Positions 11,181 through 20,000 of a DNA stretch of 20,000 nt are shown in pieces. Source of the stretch: Psammoneis japonica. Its lineage: Eukaryota. The notes beneath the pieces were generated by a model. It was not told the origin of the DNA, did no database searches, and saw nothing but the letters and a program-made list of their open reading frames with translations. Numbering within the stretch: the first letter of the stretch is position 1; each line of letters starts with the position of its first letter. Both the position numbers and the translations under genes were made by a program. The DNA is taken from NCBI GenBank assembly GCA_008632985.1, contig QPGO01000054.1:238261-258260 (forward strand), in the 5' to 3' direction.

Positions 11181-12567
11181 TTGCTTCGACTGTAGTCGTG
11201 GTGTTGGCTTCTCTCTCCTCCTCTCCACCTTCATCCGTGTTTGCGCCTTCTGTGTCGTCAGTGGACGAATAGTTGCCATCCTCGTCCGGCCAAATGCTGT
11301 CTGCAAGTGAATTATAAAATTCATCAGACGAGAGGCTATCGCCGTTGCTCATTTCTCCCCGAGGAAGCGAGCCACTCTGTTCCTCGCCGTCACCATTCAT
11401 TACTTCCGACTCGGACTGTGGCGGTTTCGACCGTGACCGCCTGAGAGACGACAGGATGCCCCTGGAGCCTGAATTGGAAGCAAAGTTGTACATCCAACCT
11501 GATGACTCACTGTCACTTGGTTCTCCATCCCCATCCCTTGAACCGCAAGCCTGACAAGTCACAAATCGTTTGACTGCAAAATACAAATCTGGCTTGAGCA
11601 AGGAGAGTGCAGCCGATGTGGCTCCTTGCAAATGTGAGAGTGTCCCACCGACAAAGTGAACCCAACTGGGCATCCATGTCGCCAACATAAACAGTACAAT
11701 CATGTACGGCACCCACATGAGAATAAACACAGCTACAATGCGACCAAAGTATACAACTAACAAGCGGCGTTTGCCCGCCGGTGGTATCAAGCCATGTTTC
11801 CAGACAATGAAGCAAATGTACGTAATGTACAAAATCGGAATACCTCCAAACGCTGGGAAAAAGAAGAGCCAAAAGAAAATAGAAGATCTCCAATCTTGTT
11901 CAACCGGCAGAAAAGCTAAGCCACTTGTCGAAGCGACATAGTGAGGAAACTTGTTGCTCTCGATCAGCCCCAATGCTCCCAAAAATATTGTAAAGACGTA
12001 AATCGCAAGCGCTTGTTTTGTCACGAAACGTATCTTTGGAACTCTGTATCTGCATATTCTATCCGACCCTCTAAGCATTTTGTAGAGCTGCTGTGTAACT
12101 GCTGCGTTAAGCCACATGTTTGATCCAACGCCCCACACGATAAACATCATTTGAAAGTTGCACATGGACGCCACTTGGCTCTTGTTGATCGCATGAATCA
12201 TACAAACAATACCGCAAAGGATCGAATAGACTGCATCAGGAAACATAAGGTACAATAGGTAGACATTGAAGGCCCGCGTTCGTGTACACCGTGATGACAA
12301 GACTCCCAAAAAGATGATGAGGGTGAAGAGTCCAAAAAAGAGTGAAATTACGGCCCAGGCAGTCCAGTACTTCGTGAGAGCACCATCAGAGGGAGCCGCT
12401 AGCAAGTAGTCATAGCGAGTTGAATTCTTGTTCAGTTCCCAAGTCCTCAACTCTGCCGAGCCCTTATTGTCCGTCCGTGCCATTGTCTCTTGTGTGTCGT
12501 TTCTCTCGGTCTCGGCCTGGGTCACTTCTCGGTTGGATGGGAGGAAAAAACGGCGGGAAGGACATTC
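11137..12567 (-). pseudogene. 7-transmembrane GPCR-like gene, separated from its N-terminal codons (17415-17472) by the transposon; possibly a pseudogene
   Basis: Seven hydrophobic segments, FNVYLLYLMFPD after TM1, CNFQ, FILMWVPY in TM6, HLQG..SA...L.KPD in TM7, and an acidic Ser-rich tail. The reading frame is open up to the left TSD. An internal ATG (MARTD) could still be used. Confidence 0.7.
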
Positions 12568-12709
12568 TCATCTGCGAACGGACTGAAAATCTCTACCGTG
12601 TACTGACCGTCGTACGAAGATTTGTCAATCTCCAAATTTCCAAAAAACACAAAAATCATGACCTCGCCCATGGCGTATCAAACTTGGAAGCCTACCACTC
12701 TGTAACTAT
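12568..12709 (+). repeat. Left terminal inverted repeat (64 bp perfect + divergent spacer + 42-bp block)
   Basis: TCATCTGCGAACGGACTGAAAATCTCTACCGTGTACTGACCGTCGTACGAAGATTTGTCAATCT is the reverse complement of 17351-17414. Confidence 0.95.
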
Positions 12710-12803
12710 TAAGAACTGTCTCACAGTACGTTGCTGAGTCGTTATTGATACTACTAAGAATATACTGGTAGCTTCATTTTTGGATTTACGACCAAGTATT
12801 GTC

Positions 12804-14078
12804 ATGAGTAGAGCCATCAAAGTGACAGATGATTTGCAGGTCGAATTTTCGGTCCGACACTCAACTTCTCTCCAATCGAAGTTGTTGAAGCTCGATTTGA
12901 ACGATACCAAGTCGTTGTCGAAGGTTTATCCCGATATATCAAAGTTGGGGGCTACTGTGGCGCTTCCAAAGACAGTCATTGGATGCTCCAGCGACTTCAG
13001 AATCGTGGATCGGAAAATTATTGACTACATCACGCTCGGCAAACAGCATCGAGATTTCGAGAGGGAAAAACTCAAGAATGCACAGCGTTGGGAGAGAGAC
13101 GAATATAGGAAAAATGTAACGAGTTTGATGGAGCAAAAAGAACTTCTCCGAGCGAAAATGACTTCATTGAGCAATGCAGATACAGGCACGGTTACACGCA
13201 CGGATGCACGCTCGTCAATGCCTGAACGAGTGCACCATGCATGGTCTGTCACACCGCCACCCACCAATTCCAGTCGCCCATTGAGTAATAGAGCTCAACA
13301 AGATGCCACAGTTACAGAAGACTCAGTGGCAGCAGCCTCATCTACCGTTGACGAGGAAAGTGACGAGCCACAAATCGCAAAGTTTGTGCGTGATCTCAAC
13401 GAGGCTTTTTTTTTAGACGACGATCCCAGTCTGATCCAACTGCGCAGCCCACGTCCCTCTCGAGCTCACACAATGAATGAGAATGTCAGTCTTTTTTCCA
13501 GTGAGGAAAAGCAACGAGAGCTTGTTGGCAGTGAGGAAGAAGAGCAGCGGAAAAAGAAGCACAAAACTGGAACCAACTCACAGACAATTTGTCAACAAGT
13601 TGACAAAACATCGATGGGAGTGATGCATTCTTCGCTCAAGAGAGTGGCGAAGTGTGTTGGTGCAGTCCAGCATCCTGACCTGGTGGATCGACAACCCAGT
13701 GTCCATGTTGCATGTCTCGTGTTTAGCGAGTTGTGCCAAATGACTGCCGACGGCGGCCAACCCACGTGTGATCGCTCTCGAAAGCCATTTTCATGCATGC
13801 CAGCATCATCAAAGGAGGGAGCAAAGAAGTGCATGAGGGCGTGCGCCAATGCATTTCATTCTTCTGATCAAGAAGAGAGAGAAAAGCATGTTCTTGCTGC
13901 TCCGTTTGCAGGTGGCAAGCTGAAGGATCCCGTTCGAATCTCAGCACGGAAATTGCAAACTGCATTGGAAAGAACTGTTCCAAGTGCCAAGCGCCGAAAG
14001 CAAAGCCTCGCGCGTGCAGTGAGGTCCAGGCGGACGATGCATCGGACGAAGACTCATCAGACAAGGAGAGTTGATTGA
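12804..14078 (+). CDS. Transposon accessory ORF of unknown function (coiled-coil-like segment, low-complexity linker); 3' half hypermutated
   Basis: ATG at 12804 just inside the left TIR; about 424 open codons. Tyr occurs only in the N-terminal part. A possible late frameshift would give the alternative end DDASDEDSSDKES*. Confidence 0.6.
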   Translation: MSRAIKVTDDLQVEFSVRHSTSLQSKLLKLDLNDTKSLSKVYPDISKLGATVALPKTVIGCSSDFRIVDRKIIDYITLGKQHRDFEREKLKNAQRWERDEYRKNVTSLMEQKELLRAKMTSLSNADTGTVTRTDARSSMPERVHHAWSVTPPPTNSSRPLSNRAQQDATVTEDSVAAASSTVDEESDEPQIAKFVRDLNEAFFLDDDPSLIQLRSPRPSRAHTMNENVSLFSSEEKQRELVGSEEEEQRKKKHKTGTNSQTICQQVDKTSMGVMHSSLKRVAKCVGAVQHPDLVDRQPSVHVACLVFSELCQMTADGGQPTCDRSRKPFSCMPASSKEGAKKCMRACANAFHSSDQEEREKHVLAAPFAGGKLKDPVRISARKLQTALERTVPSAKRRKQSLARAVRSRRTMHRTKTHQTRRVD

Positions 14079-14123
14079 CCTTGACCAGTTGTGGCGAGCT
14101 TCATGAAACACACTCTGGGCAAT

Positions 14124-17100
14124 TTACGTGTGCCATTTTCTAGAAATGTGAGGCATGCCATTGCCAAAGCACCACGCTAAAAATTGTCGAGACCGCTGGC
14201 TCAGTCCCTGAGGAGAAAATGCGACAAGCCCCGCACAACATCCCTCGGATGTTTGTGTCAGCCTGACATTGTCGGCAAGGTCCACACCTTCAGATGAGCT
14301 GAACTGGATTGTCTTTTCACTGAAGTCCTTCCTTGCTGCAGTGCTCTTGAATGTGTGCAGATCATGCTTCAGCTCTTCTTGCAGACTGGGGAGAAACCCT
14401 TGGCTGCGGTTGCTTGCCCAGCTCTCTCGACTGGTCTCGATTGCAGCCACACGGTTGTGACTCCAGTTGGGATCCAGCTCCATGAGCTTCTTTCTAGCCT
14501 TGACAACAACACCAATCAAAAAGGTCTTGTTCTGCATGGCCACCTTCTTTTTGGTGCCATCTCCTGCAACTTTCCAAACTCTCTTCGATTTCTTGATGCT
14601 CTCACAGAACTCTTCGTCAATTTTCCCTTCCTTGTGGCACTCGTTGAGCTCCCCCTTGAGCTTTCCAATTTCTCCCACCGCATCCGCTGCCAAACAGACC
14701 CCCTTCTCCAACAGACAATTTTCATCAACAGACACAGAATGCTTCTTGTCAAGATCAAACTGAGCACTTTCCGCATTCTTCAGTGGATCTAGCACCAAAA
14801 GGTCAATGCCATCCTTTCCCTTGGGGAGCCACTTTCTCAATGAGTTTCTTTCTCGCCGGTGAGGCGCACCACCAGTCCGTGAAAAAATCAGCAATTGGCG
14901 ATGCGCATCCCGTGTGATGAGAAAGCACAACACACAAGGCCACAAGCTTCAAGGCCGACAGAAATGTTGCAATGGAGGCAGTTGCTTCAGCTGATTGTAG
15001 CAGCTGCATCACATGATAGAGACGGAGCCACGCCAGAATCAAAGTGGTCATTGGATGCTCTGCCGCTCGCTCAAGCATGTGGTCAATGACATCCACGGCA
15101 CTTGTCTCAATGGCTGCACCATCTTCGGTTGCCCTGCGTTTCTTCTCGACACACTTTCGTGTTGCAGAGAGGCAAATGGCATTCACCATTGCACTGGTCT
15201 CTCGTAGGACGGTCCCTGGATCACCAGGATTCAAGACCCAGTTTAGCTGGGCTTCTGATGTTCGCCACAACGACAAGATGTCAATCAAAAATGCGCCACC
15301 AAAAAGCTGCCCGACAGCTTTCCAGCAAGTCAGCATTGCATGGAAGCCCCCAAGAACAATTGTCAACCCCATGAGTTGGAATGATTCCTTTAAATGGCGC
15401 AGTTTGAACAAATTTGTGCACGGGTCACCGTCCCCACCAAACGCGACCGGAAAATCTTCATGAAGGGGTGCTGTGCCCTTCGACTCTTGCGCCTCTGCCC
15501 AATCAGAATCAAGCACTCGTTCGGAATTCTTGAGTGTTGCATTTTGCTTCTCCTCGCCCATGTCTGTGATGCTGTTGAGTGTGCTGTCCTTGCCAAAATC
15601 GGTGTCAAGTGGTGGCTGCATGGTTGCTTTGTTGATTGAAAGGAAAGTTGAGGTTTCTCCGGGAGCAGAGTTTTCACTTTCGTCGTCAACATCCCCGGCA
15701 TCCTGCCAATCAACTGTCATGGACGTCTCATCAAAGTAAAGTTTTGAATCAAAGTTTTCAATGACTGCCCGTGACATGACTTCATTCCAATGTGGAACGC
15801 CTGGCCAATCAAATTCCGCAGCATGCAACATGACGTGCGCGTCGTGCTCCCTTGGCCATTGTTGCTCTGATTCGCACTCCATCACGGACCAGATCGCCCC
15901 CAGCTGCATCGTTGCCAGGAGTTCCTTGTCAGATTGACAAATTCCTTTTATTCCATCACAGCCAGCAAAATCCTCGTGTTGCCGTTCCTCTTCCAAATCA
16001 TGCTCGGGCTCCCGGCTCAGCACCTCTCGGTCCGGGTTGCTTGGGTCGCAATGCAGTCCGTCTGCAGTGGCTTGCTCGTTGTCGCACAGCAGAGTCACTC
16101 ATTGCACAGTTTGAATGCATCTAACTTTGTTCTTTTTCCCACCTCAAACTTTGTGCCCACAGTTGTCTTGCTGGTCGGTGAGATGGTCGCACTTTGACGA
16201 TTTGGTAAAATCAAATCCTTCCAGAATCCTCTGGTCTGCGAGTTTCTTGTTCCCTCGCCTCACTGTTTGTTTTGTCGTCGCCAGACCGAAACCAGTGAGA
16301 AGAGATGAAACATTGTCAGGCACCGCTTGGGCAGCCAAATGTGAACCGAGCAGGGATTGAATGATGCCACTCGAATTCGAGCTGCTTGCACTCCGCACCA
16401 TGTCCGTCACCACAAACACGGTCTTGAAAAGTCGATTCCATCGCCGACTGCCCTCCAATGCCTCTCCCTTTTCTTCCTCCATTTCTTTTCTTGTTCTTCC
16501 ACACAAGAGACAGAACATAAAGTCATGTGGAAAACTGTCGTTGGACTTTGCAAGCTCTGCAAGCGCTCGCTCGGTGGGGTGCGCAGTCGGGTCGCATCGC
16601 CGCGCAGCAGCAGAGTCGTTGGCAATCATGATGGAATGAAGACGCTTCACCAACCTAAAGAAGTTCCTTTGATTTCCGTCACCCATTTCAGAAGGACTGT
16701 CTTTTGAGAAAATGACACTCTGTAGATCCAGTTTTCCATCTTCTTTCCATCCAACCAAAGAAAGCCCGACAAAATTTGTTTGGTCCTTGAGATTCGTCTG
16801 AAAGTGTCAGACCATGTCCTTTCTCTTACTTGGTTCGGCCATTTCATGATCAGATGTCTTTGATCTCGTCTTTACAACACCATCTTGCCGAGAGCAAGTC
16901 AGAGAACGGCACAGATGCTTGGAGCAAAGGGTGCTGCACTTGGGACAGGTAATTTGGTTGTGTCGTCCAAGACCGGTGCATGCTCCCGCAAAACATTCAA
17001 CACACAGTCGATGATTTTTCCTGCAGAGAATCGTAAAATATACGCTACCTCTCTCGGGTGTCCATCCATTGCACTTACAGCATTCAAAACCGGGTGTTTC

Positions 17101-17196
17101 CGTTGCCGTAGGCTCATCATGCCGACGACGCTTCACATTAGAGGATTTGTGTGATGATCTCAAAGATTGATGTTTTTGCCTTTCACGGCCACTCAT
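14124..17196 (-). pseudogene. Disrupted Academ/DUF6589-like DDE transposase with an N-terminal RING-type zinc finger
   Basis: ORFs 16807-17223, 16144-16758 and 14803-16098 share one frame, broken only by TGA at 16807, 16144 and 16099. RING-like CxxC..CxxxH..CxxC..CPxC; QDN motif; GGDGDP...LTIVLGGFHAMLTCWKAVGQLFGG. Frameshift or deletion near 14825 into the 14124-14945 frame. Confidence 0.75.
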
Positions 17197-17271
17197 TTCA
17201 AACCAGAAAAATTCAATAAGCACTATAGAGAGTGTTCCACGATACTACCAAGTTTCGAGTATCAGATCGTT

Positions 17272-17414
17272 ATAGTTACAGAGTGGTAGGCTTCCAAGTT
17301 TGACACGCCATGGTGGTGCGTCGTTTTTTGGTGTCAAAGTTGAATGTGGCAGATTGACAAATCTTCGTACGACGGTCAGTACACGGTAGAGATTTTCAGT
17401 CCGTTCGCAGATGA
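17272..17414 (-). repeat. Right terminal inverted repeat
   Basis: Reverse complement of 12568-12709, with the same two conserved blocks. Confidence 0.95.
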
Positions 17415-17472
17415 ATTCTGGTGTGCATAGCCCTACTTCCATCGTAAACATGATGTTGTGTAGCTTAGACAT
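17415..17472 (-). CDS. Orphaned N-terminal codons of the GPCR-like gene (MSKLHNIMFTMEVGLCTPE)
   Basis: Removing the element and one TSD joins this ATG-initiated frame in phase with the 11137-12567 ORF. Confidence 0.65.
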
Positions 17473-17662
17473 CAGGGAGGCTTCGGAGAAACCTAAAAAG
17501 ACTGATCAAAACGTATATAAAACAATGAAAAGGTTTATATACGCCCATTCAACGCAGCGAGAAAAAGCCGAAGGCCTTCCGCCCCAGCAACCCGATCGCC
17601 AATCGCCACCGCCAACACGATGACAAGACTGACGCAGCGGGCAATTAAAAGGCCTGAGCAAG

Positions 17663-19189
17663 ATGAACTTTGATTATGGGTTCACATACCTGCGTTCCAC
17701 AAATCAACTCATGCGTGTGATACGATACGTTCTCTTTACAATGCCAGTACTCTTTCCTCACGAACCGTCCTCAGTAGCGTACGGTCTGGGATCAGGGACC
17801 AAACCACCACAACGACTCGTTTTGGTCGGAGGTGGGCATGGGCATGTCCAGGTTATCAAGGCTTTCAATCGCAAGAGTCGACCAGCAAGATTGCAAGTCA
17901 CGCTAATTGATGTACAGAAATCTGCGTCCTACAGTGGAATGGTACCTGGTTGCGTCTCCAAAATGTACACACCTGACGAAACATTGCTTCATCTAGAGCC
18001 TTTGGCGGAATGGGCTGACATTGATTTCATCAACGACAAGGTAATTGATATGGATCTGGAACGCAAGACGCTTCGACTCGAACACACTCTTGAGCCTGTT
18101 CCTTTCGATGTAGTAAGCTTAGACATTGGGTCCGCATCAAGAGGATTGTACGAGACACCAGGTGCAAAACAATTCACGATTCCCACACGACCAATATCAG
18201 ACCTGATTCGCAGAATAGAAGAGGCTGAAGCGCAGCTTGTTAAACAGAAACCATCAGAAGTACGCGTGGTGGTCATTGGAGGTGGTGCAGCGGGAATTGA
18301 GCTATCGCTAAGTATGAAAGGACGATGGAATGACATTATTCCAGGAAAGGTTGACGTGACGCTATTGGATAGCGGAAGCGAATTGCTTCCTAATGAGTCT
18401 CTCGCTTGTCGCGAGAAACTCAAAGAAGTCATGGATGACAAGAACATTGATGTGCGACACCATTGCTATGTGGACCAAATCTGCAAGGACTCGGTTCTTC
18501 TTACGTCGGGAGAACGAATTCAATACACGCATTGCTTATGGGCAACCGGAGCTGGGGCTCATTCTGTCGCGCATCAACTGGGGAAGCGAGGACTCTCAAT
18601 TGATAAGAGAGGATGGATTCGAGTGAACGAGAATTTACAGAGCTTCTCACATCCTTTTGTATTTGCTGCTGGTGATTGCGCTTCAATTGAGGTTCCAGCC
18701 AAACAAGGACCTCCACCCAAGGCGGGTGTCTACGCGGTACGTGCTGGGCCGGTGTTGATTGACAACCTGACAAACTATCTTGAACGGCAGCCACTGGTCC
18801 CGTACAAGCCTCAAGACGACTTTCTAAAACTCATGGTCGTTGGCGACGGCACTGTCCTGGGATTTCGGTTTGGGATCCCAATTCACGGGAAATGGGTATG
18901 GCAGATGAAAGACGCAATCGACCAGCATTTCATGTCTTTGTTCAAACGAGAAAACCTGCCCAACCTAGAGGATGGAGCGCACCTTGTTTCTTCGCAGTAT
19001 GACGCTGAATTTTTCAAGCAACAGGCAGATCCTCTAGATCCTGATGAAGCTGCTCTCTTGTTGCAAAGATCGGATGATGACGTAGACTTCCAGGTCGCCT
19101 GGAAGGTCTTGCGTGACATGACCCAGGACGAAACGTACAGAAACAGGGTGCTGCAAAGACTGGAGGTACCAATGTTAGTTGAAACATGA
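17663..19189 (+). CDS. FAD-dependent pyridine nucleotide-disulfide oxidoreductase of the type found N-terminal to selenide water dikinase (SelD), here stand-alone
   Basis: LVLVGGGHGH, YSGMVPG, FDVVSLDIGS, VIGGGAAGIEL, VFAAGDCA, PKAGVYAVRAGP and WQMKDAIDQHFM. No SelD kinase domain follows. The true start may be ATG 17711 or 17741. Confidence 0.85.
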   Translation: MNFDYGFTYLRSTNQLMRVIRYVLFTMPVLFPHEPSSVAYGLGSGTKPPQRLVLVGGGHGHVQVIKAFNRKSRPARLQVTLIDVQKSASYSGMVPGCVSKMYTPDETLLHLEPLAEWADIDFINDKVIDMDLERKTLRLEHTLEPVPFDVVSLDIGSASRGLYETPGAKQFTIPTRPISDLIRRIEEAEAQLVKQKPSEVRVVVIGGGAAGIELSLSMKGRWNDIIPGKVDVTLLDSGSELLPNESLACREKLKEVMDDKNIDVRHHCYVDQICKDSVLLTSGERIQYTHCLWATGAGAHSVAHQLGKRGLSIDKRGWIRVNENLQSFSHPFVFAAGDCASIEVPAKQGPPPKAGVYAVRAGPVLIDNLTNYLERQPLVPYKPQDDFLKLMVVGDGTVLGFRFGIPIHGKWVWQMKDAIDQHFMSLFKRENLPNLEDGAHLVSSQYDAEFFKQQADPLDPDEAALLLQRSDDDVDFQVAWKVLRDMTQDETYRNRVLQRLEVPMLVET

Positions 19190-19263
19190 TTTAAAATGGA
19201 CGACACTCGACGGTTTTTTTTTTTTTTTTCGGGGAAGAGAATGAAGCCGAACAACTTGCTCGG

Positions 19264-19785
19264 TTAACTGGGTGCTTTTCGTGTTTGCTTCGATTGGTTC
19301 TCAAAAAGTCGTGCTATCTGCTCAGACGATGTGGCTTGTTCGATGTTCTTATCAGGTCTTCGGCGTATGAATCTAGGGAAGCGAAGGGCTACGCCTCTTG
19401 ATGGGTCTGCATTGATCATCCCTGCAGCAGCTTTATGAGCTCGAGATAAACTAAGATCAGCAAACGCCACTTCGAATACTTCCATTGGTTTGAACCAAAT
19501 CGGTGGAGACTCGTTTGTATCAATTAATGCGGGTCGTCGCTCCGAATAGCAGTTCACTCCTTCGACGTGGCCATCCACTTTTTTCGAATCGCCCCCATCG
19601 TCAGAATCAGCCGGATCACCATCTTCCACAACAGCACCTGATGTGGCATCCACCCCATCTTCCTGATCAAGTCCAACTCCATCAGGATACGGAATACCTT
19701 TCATGTAGAAGTCGCGCATAGCTTCGTACATTGCATCTGAAAAGCTCATGCACCTGCTGATCGAACGGAACACTTCGTCGTGATT
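19264..19785 (-). CDS. 3' part of an ATP-dependent DNA ligase I-like gene (OB-fold domain); 5' part not recognisable in the window
   Basis: VFRSISRCMSFSD, PPIWFKPMEVFEVAFADLSLS, GVALRFPRFIRRRPDKNIEQATSSEQI; stop TAA at 19264-19266. Confidence 0.85.
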   Translation of the reverse strand, partial: NHDEVFRSISRCMSFSDAMYEAMRDFYMKGIPYPDGVGLDQEDGVDATSGAVVEDGDPADSDDGGDSKKVDGHVEGVNCYSERRPALIDTNESPPIWFKPMEVFEVAFADLSLSRAHKAAAGMINADPSRGVALRFPRFIRRRPDKNIEQATSSEQIARLFENQSKQTRKAPS

Positions 19786-20000
19786 GGCTGTGATGGGTGG
19801 GACATGACAAGCAAGAAAAGTTAGAAGAAGCAACACAAAATGACAAAGTGAACAACAGGGACAAGATTGTTTTGGTGAACTGCTGCAAGAACTCTTTGTT
19901 CAGACAGCTCAAGTTTCTGAACAAAAAGGCCATCAACAACAGCAACGGCAGGGTTGAAAAGATTGTGCGCCATCCAAAATCAGTGTGCCCCAAGAAAAGA
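19786..20000. repeat. TpA/CpG-depleted segment, probably the edge of another degenerate repeat or TE
   Basis: One TpA and about two CpG in about 215 bp; ligase similarity is lost here. Confidence 0.5.

Larger units (their letters stand above)
12568..17414. mobile_element. Academ-like DNA transposon, 4,847 bp, with TIRs, 4-bp ATTC TSD and two convergent ORFs
   Basis: Perfect 64-bp inverted repeats at 12568-12631 and 17351-17414. Second inverted block at 12668-12709 / 17272-17313 (41 of 42 identical). ATTC at 12564-12567 and 17415-17418. Transposase-like motifs inside. A 3-4 bp TSD and the LGGFH motif fit Academ; the superfamily call is from motif memory. Confidence 0.9.

Noticed and set aside
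12420..12737. Shared peptide ICERTENLYRVLTVVRRFVNL in ORFs at 12420 (+) and 17245 (-)
   Set aside because: It is simply the translation of the two TIRs.
16099..16809. TGA recoding (selenocysteine or Trp) in the transposase, given the nearby SelD-like gene
   Set aside because: Host genes here use TGA as a stop, no SECIS is evident, and CGA->TGA decay is simpler.

Overview
Eukaryotic genomic window with short GT-AG introns and gene families consistent with a diatom/stramenopile (inference). Host genes: a Cys-repeat secreted/membrane-anchored protein, a 4-exon TCF25/Rqc1 gene, a 2-exon secreted SGNH-hydrolase-like protein, a 7TM GPCR-like gene, a stand-alone SelD-N-terminal-type FAD oxidoreductase, and the 3' end of a DNA ligase I-like gene. 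A 4,847-bp Academ-like DNA transposon (12568-17414; 64-bp perfect TIRs, ATTC target-site duplication) is inserted in the first codons of the GPCR-like ORF. The strongest signal is compositional. The repeat/TE segments (1-3503, about 13420-16980, about 19780-20000) are almost free of TpA and rich in TpG/CpA, with Tyr codons apparently converted to His/Cys, while neighbouring host genes are normal. This suggests repeat-targeted TpA->TpG/CpA (A:T->G:C) hypermutation, the opposite direction to fungal RIP and separable from CpG decay. All dinucleotide counts are by hand and approximate.
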